From an uncultured Chloroflexia bacterium (GTDB taxonomy: Bacteria; Chloroflexota; Limnocylindria; Limnocylindrales; CSP1-4): a stretch of 64,000 nt of DNA. Each line of letters starts with the position of its first letter. The stretch's first letter is position 1. The position numbers were made by a program, and so were the translations under genes. The notes beneath the pieces are model-generated. The model did not search any database. It was not told the origin of the DNA and saw nothing but the letters and a program-made list of their open reading frames with translations. The stretch lies in contig CAVVDB010000007.1 in assembly GCA_963746865.1 (NCBI GenBank), positions 250,235 through 314,234 on the forward strand, written 5' to 3'. This document shows, in pieces, positions 37,376 to 47,450 of the stretch.

Positions 37376-37963
37376 TCAGGCCCCGTGCGCCTCGGCCAGG
37401 GCCACGATGTCCGTGGGGCTCTTGTGGCCGAACGCCGTGCGGGTCACGGATCCATCCGTCCCGACCACGAGCATCGGGGTCGACGGCGGATTGAGGAACT
37501 GGTCGCCGAATTCGGCGGCGAGCGAGCGGGCGACCTCGGTGCTCGCGACGGCGTATCGCCCCGGAAATCCGTGCCGTTCCCGGTAGTCCGCCAGGCTCGC
37601 CGCGTCCTCGTTCGGATCGACGTCCAGCACGACGTACACGACCCGGTCGGCCGGAAGCCGATCCAGGGCCGCCGCGACGTCACGCTGCTGCGACAGGCAA
37701 CTGCTGCACCAGATCGCCATCGTCTCGAGGATGACGACCTTCCCGGCGTGGTCGGCGATCCGGAAGGACGCGCCGGTCGTTGCGTCGACGAGCCGGCCGA
37801 CCGCCCAGGCCCGATCGAGGGCCGCGGCAGGCGCCGAACTGCCCCCCACGGGCGACGGCTTCCCGGCCGGGCCGGATGCAACGCCCGTCGAACCGGCGCA
37901 GCCGGCCGCGATCGCGACCACCGCCAGGATCAACGCAGCCGCCCTGCCGGGCCGTGTCCTCAT
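37376..37963 (-). CDS. TlpA/ResA-like thioredoxin-fold lipoprotein
   Basis: MRTRPGRAAALILAVVAIAAGCAGS lipobox and the WCSSC active site. Only the last ~195 codons of ORF 37376..38410 are protein-like. Alternative ATG at 37981. Confidence 0.8.
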   Translation of the reverse strand: MRTRPGRAAALILAVVAIAAGCAGSTGVASGPAGKPSPVGGSSAPAAALDRAWAVGRLVDATTGASFRIADHAGKVVILETMAIWCSSCLSQQRDVAAALDRLPADRVVYVVLDVDPNEDAASLADYRERHGFPGRYAVASTEVARSLAAEFGDQFLNPPSTPMLVVGTDGSVTRTAFGHKSPTDIVALAEAHGA

Positions 37964-38015
37964 CGACGCATGTTGCACCATCGGCCGTTCATCCGCCGTC
38001 CGGCACCCAGCCAGG

Positions 38016-38816
38016 TCAGCGGTCGAGGTCGACGTCGAACGAGGCGGTCTCGAAGATCCACTCCTTGGGCCCGAACATCCCGGCCTCGCGCGCCCAGCCG
38101 GTGATGCCAAGCCGGAGGCGCTTGACGCCCTTCGGGAGGAGGACGGTCTGGAGCAGCGCCTGGTAGCCCTCGAGTCGCTTGTCCTGGGCATACAGGTTCC
38201 ACTCGGCGCCGCCGTGGCCGTCGCCGGGGCCGGAGATGATCTTCGGGACCGATAGGGTGAAGCTGATCGACAGCTTGGCGGTCTCCTTGACGCTGGCCCC
38301 GATCTTCGCCTCCGTGAGCGTGACCCCCGGGATGGCGCTGACGGCCTCGGCGGCCGCCTCGGGGACCTCGAGCGAACCGTCCAGCCCGATCTCGACCGTC
38401 GCCTCGCCACCGACCTTGGCGACCTCGAGCAGCTCGGTCGACGGCTGGACGTCGACCGTGTCGGCCGCCACGTCGTACATCTCCACCTTGTAGCCGAGGC
38501 CCCAGACGCGGGCCGGCTTGCGCCCCGGACGCGGCATCGCGGTCACGCCGTGTGACAGCAGGACGGGGATCCGCGCGCCGAGCGACGCCGTGATCATCGG
38601 ATCGGGCTGCTTGCCGGCCAGCTTCCAGAGACGCCGAAGGTCGATCGCGCGCGGCGCCGGCATCCCCAGGTCGAACGGCGCGTCATCGCGATCGCCGCGG
38701 GTGACGTCGGGGTCCGCCGGTTCCGACGACCAGTCGAGGGTGTCGACCATCGCGCTGATGATCTCGTCGTCGACCGCCAGCGGTCGGCCGGGCTTGTCGA
38801 GGGTTCGGTCGGTCAT
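38016..38816 (-). CDS. Hypothetical protein (~266 aa), beta-rich, no family recognised
   Basis: ORF 38016..38849. Internal ATG at 38816 preceded by GGGAG. Balanced composition (VWGLGYKVEMYDVAADTVDVQPSTELLEVAKVGGEATVEIGLDG...WIFETASFDVDLDR). No signal peptide or TM segment. Confidence 0.55.
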   Translation of the reverse strand: MTDRTLDKPGRPLAVDDEIISAMVDTLDWSSEPADPDVTRGDRDDAPFDLGMPAPRAIDLRRLWKLAGKQPDPMITASLGARIPVLLSHGVTAMPRPGRKPARVWGLGYKVEMYDVAADTVDVQPSTELLEVAKVGGEATVEIGLDGSLEVPEAAAEAVSAIPGVTLTEAKIGASVKETAKLSISFTLSVPKIISGPGDGHGGAEWNLYAQDKRLEGYQALLQTVLLPKGVKRLRLGITGWAREAGMFGPKEWIFETASFDVDLDR

Positions 38817-38946
38817 GGCTCCCGTTCTCCGGGCGCGCTCGGAGGGCAATCGTGCTGCGGCTCCAGCGCCGATGTCAACCGGCCCGATCGACGGACCGGG
38901 GTAGACTGTCCGGACGCCAACGACCCTCCGCTCATGGGCTGATGCG

Positions 38947-39795
38947 ATGGCAGGGGAATCCCCAACTCACGGACCCGAGTCGGCGCGACCGTCCGGCGCT
39001 CGGGGGAAACGGATCGAACGGATCGCGCCGTTCGCGGCAGGTGCGCTCGTCACGCTCGTCGCGATCCTGCTCTACGGCGTCCTCGTCCCTGGGCGTCCGC
39101 CACTCACCCAGCGCGATGTCGACGACACGGTGGCCGACGCCCTGGCCTCGGTCACCCCGGCGCCGGCCTATTCAGAACTCGTCTACCAGGCGGTCCGACC
39201 GTCGCTCGTGCTCATCGAGACGAAGGGCGCGGTCAAGGACGGCGAACAGCCTGGCGAGCACGACGGCCTCGGCAGCGGCGTGGTGGTGAACCTCGCCGGC
39301 GACATCCTGACCAGCCTGCACGTCGTCGACGACGCGACCGAGATCGAGGTCACCTTCGCCGACGGGACGCGCTCGAGGGCCGAGGTGACCGTTCGTCAGC
39401 CCGAGAACGACATCGCGGTCATCCGCGCGACGCAGCCTCCGGCGCTCATCGTGCCGGCGGTCATCGGCAACCCCGCCTCGGTCCGCCAGGGAAGCGAGGC
39501 CTACGCGATGGGCAGCCCGTTCGGGCTCGGCGGGTCGATGAGCGTGGGGGTGATCTCGGGGCTGGACCGCTCGTTCAAGATGCCCGACAGTGATGTGGTC
39601 CTGACCGGCCTGATCCAGGTCGATGCCGCGGTCAATCCCGGCAACTCCGGGGGACCGTTGCTGAACCGGGCGGGCCAGGTGGTCGGCATCGTCACGGCAC
39701 TCATCAATCCGACCGAGGATGAAGTCTTCATCGGGATCGGCCTGGCCGTCCCGATCGATGTCGCGGGCGGCGCCGCCGGCCTGCCGCCGTACTGA
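38947..39795 (+). CDS. Membrane-anchored trypsin-like (S1C/HtrA-type) serine protease without PDZ domain
   Basis: TM segment FAAGALVTLVAILLYGVLV. Catalytic triad context TSLHVV, NDIAVI and GNSGGPLL. Confidence 0.85.
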   Translation: MAGESPTHGPESARPSGARGKRIERIAPFAAGALVTLVAILLYGVLVPGRPPLTQRDVDDTVADALASVTPAPAYSELVYQAVRPSLVLIETKGAVKDGEQPGEHDGLGSGVVVNLAGDILTSLHVVDDATEIEVTFADGTRSRAEVTVRQPENDIAVIRATQPPALIVPAVIGNPASVRQGSEAYAMGSPFGLGGSMSVGVISGLDRSFKMPDSDVVLTGLIQVDAAVNPGNSGGPLLNRAGQVVGIVTALINPTEDEVFIGIGLAVPIDVAGGAAGLPPY

Positions 39796-39805
39796 GGGGG
39801 ACCGC

Positions 39806-40816
39806 ATGGAAGAGACGAACGGCGCCGAGCGAGCCGCCCCGATGGAGCGGCTGCTGTACGAGGTGAAGAAGGTCATCGTCGGCCAGGACCACCTCCTTGA
39901 ACGGCTCATCGTCGCCCTGCTCGCCCGCGGCCACATCCTCGTCGAGGGTGTTCCCGGGCTGGCCAAGACGATGGCCATCAAGACGCTGGCCGAGGGGATC
40001 GGCGGCGAGTTCAAGCGGATCCAGTTCACCCCGGACCTGGTCCCCGCGGACCTCATCGGGACGCGGATCTACAACCAGAAGACGGGCGAGTTCGGGACGT
40101 CGCTGGGACCCGTGTTCGCCAACCTCCTGCTCGCCGACGAGATCAACCGGGCGCCGGCCAAGGTCCAGAGCGCGCTGCTGGAGGTGATGCAGGAGCGCCA
40201 GGTGACGATCGGGCGGGAGACCTTCAAGGTCCCCCTGCCGTTCCTCGTCCTCGCCACCCAGAACCCGATCGAGACGGAAGGCACCTACCCGCTGCCCGAA
40301 GCGCAGATCGACCGGTTCATGGTCAAGGTGCTGGTCGGCTACCCGACCGAGACCGAGGAGTTCGTCATCGTCGAGCGGATGACGGGTCCGATGCCGACGG
40401 TCGGCCAGGTCCTCAGCACCGACGGCCTGCTGGCGATGCAGGCCGCCGCCGACCGGGTCTATGTCGACCCGGCCCTCCACCAGTACGCGGTCCGCCTCGC
40501 GACAGCGACCCGGGCACCCGGGCGCTTCGGCCTCGCCGACCTGGAGCGCTACATCACGTTCGGGGCCAGCCCACGCGCGTCGATCAACCTGATCCTCACG
40601 GCGCGGGCCCTGGCCTTCGTCCGAGGACGCGATTACGCCCTCCCCGAGGACGTCCTGGACATGGCTCTCGACGTCCTCCGCCACCGACTCGTGCTGTCGT
40701 TCGAGGCGCTCTCGGACGACGTCACGAGCGACGACCTGCTCAAGACGATCATCGACCGGATCCCCGTCCCGGTCGTGCCGCTTCGGGACCATGGCAACGT
40801 CCACGTCAACGCCTGA
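39806..40816 (+). CDS. moxR: MoxR-family AAA+ ATPase
   Basis: Walker A GVPGLAKT, Walker B LLADEINRA, and VLATQNPIE...LPEAQIDRF. Confidence 0.92.
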   Translation: MEETNGAERAAPMERLLYEVKKVIVGQDHLLERLIVALLARGHILVEGVPGLAKTMAIKTLAEGIGGEFKRIQFTPDLVPADLIGTRIYNQKTGEFGTSLGPVFANLLLADEINRAPAKVQSALLEVMQERQVTIGRETFKVPLPFLVLATQNPIETEGTYPLPEAQIDRFMVKVLVGYPTETEEFVIVERMTGPMPTVGQVLSTDGLLAMQAAADRVYVDPALHQYAVRLATATRAPGRFGLADLERYITFGASPRASINLILTARALAFVRGRDYALPEDVLDMALDVLRHRLVLSFEALSDDVTSDDLLKTIIDRIPVPVVPLRDHGNVHVNA

Positions 40817-41696
40817 GCGTATCCTCCAGCGCCTCGACTGGCAGGTCATCCGGCGCCTTGACGGGCTGCTCCAGGGCGGGCATCGGAGCCTGTTCCGCGG
40901 GAACGGCGTCGACTTCGCGGACCTGCGCGAGTACCAGTACGGCGACGACGTCCGGTCCATCGACTGGAGCGTGACCGCCCGGATGGACACGCCGTACATC
41001 CGCGAGTACGTCGAAGATCGCGAGATCACGGCCTGGTTCCTGCTCGACCTGAGTCCGTCGGTCGACTTCGGGACGGCCGACGCCGACCGGCTCAAACGGA
41101 CGGTCCTGATCGACTTCGTGACGACCCTCGCGCGGCTGCTGACACGACACGGCAACCGGGTCGGTGCCGTCTTCTACGGTCGCCAGGTGGAGCGGACGAT
41201 CCCGGCCCGCGGCGGCCGGATCCAGGTCCTTCGCCTGGTCAACGACATGCTCCACCAGCCTCGGTTGCCGGCCGCCCCGTTCACCGACCTGTCGCCACTG
41301 CTCGAGGCCGGCCATCGGACGATCAAGGGCCGCTCGCTCGTGTTCGTGATCTCCGACTTCATCAGCGCCCCAGGCTGGGAGCGGCCGTTGCGCCTGCTCA
41401 CGGAGCGGCACGAGGTGCTGGCCGTCCGGCTGTTCGATCGACGGGAAACCGAACTCCCGGACGTGGGCCCGTTGCTGATGGAGGACGCCGAGACCGGCGA
41501 GCAACTCTACGTGGACACCCACGACAAGGCGTTTCGACGGCGCTTCAAGGAGGCCGCCGACCGACGCGAGTCGACCCTGGGCGACGCCTTCAAGCACGCC
41601 GGCGTGGACGCCATGTCGCTGTCGACCGACGACGACCTCGTCCGGGCGATCGTCCGGATGGCGGCCCTTCGGCAGGGTCGGCGGGTCCGGTCGTGA
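40791..41696 (+). CDS. DUF58-family protein (MoxR operon partner)
   Basis: GVDFADLREYQYGDDVRSIDW is the DUF58 hallmark. 301 aa. Confidence 0.88.
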   Translation: MATSTSTPERILQRLDWQVIRRLDGLLQGGHRSLFRGNGVDFADLREYQYGDDVRSIDWSVTARMDTPYIREYVEDREITAWFLLDLSPSVDFGTADADRLKRTVLIDFVTTLARLLTRHGNRVGAVFYGRQVERTIPARGGRIQVLRLVNDMLHQPRLPAAPFTDLSPLLEAGHRTIKGRSLVFVISDFISAPGWERPLRLLTERHEVLAVRLFDRRETELPDVGPLLMEDAETGEQLYVDTHDKAFRRRFKEAADRRESTLGDAFKHAGVDAMSLSTDDDLVRAIVRMAALRQGRRVRS

Positions 41697-42715
41697 CCCT
41701 CCTCTGGCCGCCGATGCTGTTGCTGCTGCTCGCGATCCCGGTGGGCGTCGCGCTGTACCGCGTCCGCGAGCGTCGCCGACGACAGCGGCTGGACGCCTAC
41801 CGCGGGCCGTCCGCGGCGGGCGAGGCCGATGCGGGCCGTGCCGATCGCCCGGCCAGGCTCCGCCGACGGATCCCGGCCGTCCTGATGCTCATCGGGCTGG
41901 TCTTCCTGGTCGTCGCCATGGCACGACCGGAGGGCGTCGTCCGGATCCCGCGGATCGAGAGCACGGTCATCCTCGCCTTCGACGTGTCGGGCAGCATGGG
42001 CGCGACCGACCTCAGCCCGAACCGGATGGAGGCCGCCAAGACCGCCGCCCGAGCATTCGTCGAGCGGCAGCCATCGTCGGTCTCGATCGGCGTGGTGGCC
42101 TTCAGCGACAGCGCGTTCTCGATCCAGACCCCGACCGATGACCAGGCACAGGTGCTGGCCGCCATCGACCGCCTCGCCCCCGAACGTGGCACCTCGCTGG
42201 GCCAGGGCATCCTGACCTCGCTCGCGACGATCGCCGCGGCCGAGACGATCAGGCGACCAACTACTACACCAACCGCTCGCCGGCTCCGACCGTCGCGCCA
42301 GACGCCCGTCCCGGCCGGGTCGTACACGTCGGCCGTGATCGTCCTGCTGAGCGACGGGGAGAACACGGTGAACCCCGATCCGATCGAGGCGGCCAGTGCG
42401 GCAGCCGATCGCGGCGTGCGGATCTTCACGGTCGGGATCGGCAGCACGGCCGGCACGACCATCGAGGTCGAGGGCTTCAAGATCCACAGCCGGCTGGATG
42501 AGGCGATGCTCGGGGAGATCGCCGACGTCACCGGCGGCGCCTACCACGCGGCCGCGGATCCGGCCGAGTTGACGGCCATCTACGAGGGCATCGACACGCG
42601 ACTCGTCGTCCGGCCAGAGACGATGGAGCTCACCTCGCTGGTCGCGGGCGCCGGTTTGCTCATCCTGCTCATCGGGGCCGGGGCCTCGCTGCTCTGGCTA
42701 GGACGGTTGCCCTGA
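41693..42715 (+). CDS. VWA-domain membrane protein (BatA-like)
   Basis: N- and C-terminal TM helices. MIDAS motif AFDVSGSMGATD. 340 aa. Confidence 0.85.
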   Translation: MTLLWPPMLLLLLAIPVGVALYRVRERRRRQRLDAYRGPSAAGEADAGRADRPARLRRRIPAVLMLIGLVFLVVAMARPEGVVRIPRIESTVILAFDVSGSMGATDLSPNRMEAAKTAARAFVERQPSSVSIGVVAFSDSAFSIQTPTDDQAQVLAAIDRLAPERGTSLGQGILTSLATIAAAETIRRPTTTPTARRLRPSRQTPVPAGSYTSAVIVLLSDGENTVNPDPIEAASAAADRGVRIFTVGIGSTAGTTIEVEGFKIHSRLDEAMLGEIADVTGGAYHAAADPAELTAIYEGIDTRLVVRPETMELTSLVAGAGLLILLIGAGASLLWLGRLP

Positions 42716-43815
42716 TGGACATGCTGAGTCCGGTCGCCCTCGTTCTCCTCGCGCTGGTGCCGATCCTCGTCGTCGCCCGCATCTGGATCTCGCGTCGGCG
42801 TCGGGCCGGGATCCGGTTCTCCAGCCTGTCGCTCGTCCACCAGGCCGCACCGGGCTCGTCACGGCTCAGGCGTCACCTGCCGTTCGCGCTCTTCCTGATC
42901 GGCATCGCCAGCCTGGTGATCGCGATGGCCCGGCCGGTCAGCATCGTCAGCGTCCCGGCCGGCCAGACGACCGTGATCCTGGCGATCGATGTCTCGCGGA
43001 GCATGTGCGCGACCGACATCCCGCCCAATCGACTGCTCGCGGCCGAAGCGGCGGCGGCCTCGTTCATCGAGCGACAGGGTGCCAACACCCAGATCGGCAT
43101 CGTCGCGTTCGCCGGGTTCGCCGAGACACTCGTGCCGCCGACGACCGATCGCGAGGTCCTGCTCGACGTGATCGAGGGGCTGGCGACCGGACGGCGGACC
43201 GCGGTCGGCAGCGCCATCCTCCAGTCGCTCGACGCCATCAACGAGGTCGACCCGAGCGTCGCCGCCAGCCAGGACGAGGGCGACTCCCCCGAGACCGCTC
43301 CGGTCCCGGTCGTCCCCGGAGCGTACGCGGCGGCGATCATCGTCCTGCTGACCGACGGGGCCAGCAACGCCGGACCGCTCCCGGTCGACGCGGCCCAGCA
43401 GGCGACGGCGCGGGGTGTCCGCGTCTACACGATCGGCTTCGGGACCGCCGATCCCGGGGCCGCAGAACCCGCAATGCGGTCAGCAGTTCATCGGCGGCGA
43501 ACCGGGTGCCAGTCCGGACTTCCGGTGGCGGGTTCGGCGGCGGCGGGTTCGGCGGCGGGTGGCGGTGGCGGCGGCGGCCAAGGGTTCCGTCGCGCGATCG
43601 ATGAGGACACGCTGAAGGCGGTCGCCGACGTGACCGGCGGGACCTACTACCCAGCCGAGAGCGCCGACGAACTGGACACGGTCTTCCAGAACCTGCCCAC
43701 CAACCTCATCACCAAGCACGAAGCGACCGAACTGAGCGTCGTGTTCGTGATGGTCGGCGGGCTGTTCATCGCCCTCGCCATCCTCGTCGGCCAGGCCTGG
43801 CGTCCGCTGCCCTGA
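42715..43815 (+). CDS. VWA-domain membrane protein (BatB-like)
   Basis: MIDAS motif AIDVSRSMCATD. N- and C-terminal TM helices. The Gly-rich insert at 43450-43570 reads plausibly in all three frames (see findings). Confidence 0.8.
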   Translation: MDMLSPVALVLLALVPILVVARIWISRRRRAGIRFSSLSLVHQAAPGSSRLRRHLPFALFLIGIASLVIAMARPVSIVSVPAGQTTVILAIDVSRSMCATDIPPNRLLAAEAAAASFIERQGANTQIGIVAFAGFAETLVPPTTDREVLLDVIEGLATGRRTAVGSAILQSLDAINEVDPSVAASQDEGDSPETAPVPVVPGAYAAAIIVLLTDGASNAGPLPVDAAQQATARGVRVYTIGFGTADPGAAEPAMRSAVHRRRTGCQSGLPVAGSAAAGSAAGGGGGGGQGFRRAIDEDTLKAVADVTGGTYYPAESADELDTVFQNLPTNLITKHEATELSVVFVMVGGLFIALAILVGQAWRPLP

Positions 43816-43842
43816 CGCACACCACCCGCCAAGGCGTTTCGG

Positions 43843-45001
43843 TCAGGCGCTAGCGATCGGTGCTGGGATCGGCTTGGGTTCGTCGCCCTGGAACTCCGCC
43901 CTGGTCGGGAGGAGCGGCCTGCCGCGTCGTGAGCGGCTGAGCAGGATCCACGACAGCGGGATCGGATACAGCCACTGGAAGCCACGGAACAGGAAGACCC
44001 CGGCCGTGATCGCGTCCGCATCCGCGCCGCCCGTGTAGGTCGTGAAGAACGACACATAGAGGAGCTCGGGGACGCCGGCGCCGCCCGGCGAGATCGGCAG
44101 GACCGTGATGACGAAGACCGCGGCGACCCCGGCGACGATGATCGCGTTCGGCAGCTCCTGCTCGGTGACGCCGACGGCTCGCATGGAGACGATCATCAGC
44201 AGTGCCCAGGCGAACTTCGAGGCCATCGCCACCAGGAACGCGGCAAAGCCGTGGGCGCGCACGGTATCGCCGAGGGACACCCGGAAGCGCACGAGGGCGC
44301 CCTCGATGTCGGGGACCGTCCGATCGAGACGGCGCAGGGCGACCCCGATGATTCGCTCGGCCAGCTTGCCGATGCGCCTCGCTAGCGCCTCGGAGCGGAC
44401 GACGAGGATCAGCCCGCCGCCGACGACGCCGAACAGCAGCCCGCCGACGAGCAGGAATCCGACGATCAGGCCGGTCTCGACCGAGACCCCGCGCTGCAGC
44501 CCCTCGGCGATGATCAGGAAGATCCCGGCCACGAACATGAGGCCGAACCGGCTGAGTTGGTCGAAGATCCCGTACAGCAGGATCCCGCCGGTCGTGGCCG
44601 CAGCGGGCAGTCCCCAGCCGCGGATCACCACCCACAGCACGGCCATGTTCCAGGGACCGAGCGGGATGCTCGCCCCGATCCCGGTCAGGATCAGGTACGA
44701 CTGGAGGCCGCGCAGCCAGCCGAGCCCCGGGATGAGCACGGCGAAGACGCCGCCGGTCAGGACCCAGGCGATGAGCCCGAAGATCGAGACGAACAGGAAC
44801 TGCTGCCAGCGTCACGTCCTGCAGCGATGCGAAGACGTCCTGGTAGTCCACGAACCTGGGCATGATGATCACGAAGATCACGAACAGGACGCCGAGCACG
44901 ATCCCGATCCGGATCAGCGCATCCCGACGGCTCGGCGGCTTCGTCTCGGAGACGCTCGCTGGAGCCGCTTCCGACATGTCCACCGATGTTGCCTCGCTCA
45001 C
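43843..45001 (-). pseudogene. Flippase-like/lysyl-PG-synthase-TM-region family (UPF0104) membrane protein; frame change at about 44810
   Basis: The N-terminus MSEATSVDMSEA...IRIGIVLGVLFVIFVIIMPRFVDYQDVFASLQDVT (ORF 43850..45001) continues as WQQFLFVSIFGLIAWVLTGGVFAVLIPGLGW in the frame of ORF 43843..44739. ISPGGAGVPE motif present. Confidence 0.65.
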
Positions 45002-45129
45002 GCGGCCGTCACCCTCCGTCTGCGACGCCGAACCGTCACCTCGCCACGGCGATGGTACGCGGCCGGCGGCGACCTCGGATACCCGGCGCGCGGCCCAACG
45101 GTCGACAAGGCCTGCTACAGTCGGAGGTC

Positions 45130-46630
45130 ATGACGACATCCCGCGCTCGCTCCGCGACAGGACGTTTCATCGGCGAAGGCCAAGATCGTCGATCAGGACG
45201 ACCTGCAGGCCGCCTGGTCGAAGGAGAAGCCGCGACCCGAAGCCTGGACTCCCCGGCCGTGGGTCCCGGTCGAGGAGCGGGCAGCGCTCGGTCGGTCGGC
45301 TCGTCAGCGAGCACCGCGCAGCAGCCAGGGCGCCTTGGAGCTGGCCCCCGGTCGCGATCCGATCGCCATCATCCTCGCCCAGGAGACGGATCGGCTCCAG
45401 GACCTCCTCCCGTTGCGCCACGGCCGGATGGCGGCGTCCGCGTTCGCGTTCTACCGGGGCGCTCCCGCGGTCATGGCGTTCGACCTGTCCACGACGCCTC
45501 GGAGCAACATCATCGTCCAGGCGAGCGGCGACGCCCACTGCTCCAACTTCGGGTTGTTCGCGTCGCCCGAGCGGACGCTGGTCTTCGACGCGAACGACTT
45601 CGACGAGACGCTGCCGGGACCCTGGGAGTGGGACGTGAAGCGACTCGCGACCAGCATCGTGATCGCCGCGAGAAGCAACGGCTTCAGCGGAGCGGTAACA
45701 CGATCAGTGACGATGGCGACGGTGCGCAGCTACCGCGAGAACATGGCGCGCTATGCCGGTATGCGCCTACTTGACATCTGGTACGACCAGACGACCGCGG
45801 ACGACATCGAGCGGGGGCTCATCGACCTGGGCAAGACCCTGGATCCGAAGTTCGACGCCAAGGATGCCAAGTCGCGCCTCAACACGATCTTCGCGAAGGC
45901 CCGCGGCAAGGACCAGATGAAGGCGATGTCTTCGCTGACCGAGGTCGTCGACGGGGAGTGGCGGATCGTCGACGATCCGCCCGTCGTGCACCATGTCGAG
46001 CTCCCTGGTGGCGCGTCCAATCTCGAGTCCACCTTCAGCGCCTATCGAGCCACCCTCGCCGAGAACCGGCGCGAACTCGTGGAGAGGTATCGATTCGTCG
46101 ACGTCGCCTTGAAGGTCGTCGGCGTCGGTAGCGTCGGGACGCGCTGCTTCGTCCTGCTCCTCGAAGGGCGCGACGAGGGCGATCCCCTCTTCCTCCAGGC
46201 CAAGGAGGCGACCGCCTCGGTCCTCGATCCGTATCTCGAGTCGAGCCACCACACCAACCATGGCGAGCGAGTCGTCGTCGGCCAGCGGCTCATGCAGGCG
46301 ACACCGGACATCTTCCTCGGCTGGACGCGCGGCCCCGGCGGTCGCGATTTCTACTTCCGCCAGCTGTGGGACATGAAGGGCTCGGTCGATACCGCGACGC
46401 TCCGGGAGCCGGGCATGGGCTTCTATGGCGGCATGTGCGCCCGGTCGCTGGCGCGCGCCCACGCGCGCAGCGGGGACTCGATCGCCATCGCGGCGTATCT
46501 CGGGACCAGCGACACCTTCGACGGCGCGATCGCCGACTTCGCCGAGGCGTACGCGGATCAGAACGAACTTGATTACGCCGCATTTACCGCGGCGATCGCC
46601 GATGGCCGTCTGACGGCGCAGGCAGGCTGA
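45130..46630 (+). pseudogene. DUF2252-family protein; probable frame change near 45170-45180
   Basis: Core LPLRHGRMAASAFAFYRGAPAVMAFDL...GDAHCSNFGLFASPERTLVFDANDFDETLPGPWEWDVKRL. The conserved frame runs back to a stop at 45131 with no start codon. The only ATG (45130) is in the +1 frame. Confidence 0.65.
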
Positions 46631-46689
46631 CGGGCGCGCTGCCCACGGGACCGCGGGAACCGGGCGCTCGGCTCGGTCGTCCTCAGGCC

Positions 46690-47430
46690 ATGACGAGCGT
46701 CGCGCGGATCCTGCTCATCGCCGTGACCGTGGCTGCTCTCCTGGGCGCGTGCGCCGGGACGACGACCGGTCCCATCCTGACCGGTCCGCTGCCGACGCCG
46801 AGCCCGAACCCGGTCGCCGTTACGACCCCGGAGGCCGCGATCGCGGCGGTCATCGCCCATGAGCCCCGACTGCAGGGGATCGCGCCGCGCGACCCGGCCG
46901 CCATCGGCCAGGCGAGCTGGTACGAAGTCGCACCGGCATCAGGTGTCGGAGCGTTCGTGGTCAACGTCCGGATCGGCTGGGGCGATTGCGAGGCCGGCTG
47001 CATCGACGAACACACCTGGGTCTACGCCGTCGCCCCGAGCGGGGACGTCTCGGTGGTCTCGCAAGGCGGGGCCGCGGTCCCCGACGCCGCATGGCCTGGC
47101 TCGGCGCCGGCGGCAGGTCGGACGGGGATCGGCGGTCGGGCGACCTCCGGCCCGGTCTGCCCGGTCGAGCAGAACCCGCCGGATCCGGCGTGTGCCGCGC
47201 GCCCGGTCGCCGGTGCGGTGATCATGATCCGCAACGCCGCGGGAGCCGATCTCTTCCGGGTGACCACGGGCGCCGACGGCTCGTTCTTCGCGGAACTCCC
47301 GGCCGGCGGCTACGTGGTCGCCGCGCAACCGGCGAACGGATTGATGGGGACGCCCGCCCCAGTGAACGTCACGGTCAACCCCGGCGCGACGAGCCTGGTG
47401 GAGCTGAGCTACGACACGGGGATCCGCTAG
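46690..47430 (+). CDS. Lipoprotein with C-terminal carboxypeptidase-regulatory-like beta-sandwich
   Basis: Lipobox LLIAVTVAALLGACAG. C-terminal VTTGADGSFFAELPAGGYVV pattern. Confidence 0.6.
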   Translation: MTSVARILLIAVTVAALLGACAGTTTGPILTGPLPTPSPNPVAVTTPEAAIAAVIAHEPRLQGIAPRDPAAIGQASWYEVAPASGVGAFVVNVRIGWGDCEAGCIDEHTWVYAVAPSGDVSVVSQGGAAVPDAAWPGSAPAAGRTGIGGRATSGPVCPVEQNPPDPACAARPVAGAVIMIRNAAGADLFRVTTGADGSFFAELPAGGYVVAAQPANGLMGTPAPVNVTVNPGATSLVELSYDTGIR

Positions 47431-47450
47431 CCGCCTACGATGTGCGGCGC

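Noticed and set aside
38016-38849. Idea that the 266-aa unknown protein next to a protease is a bacterial gasdermin-like pore former
   Set aside because: The N-terminus is acidic and disordered-looking rather than starting directly with a beta-strand/lipidated Cys region. The protease is a TM-anchored HtrA-like enzyme transcribed divergently. No sequence evidence supports the idea.
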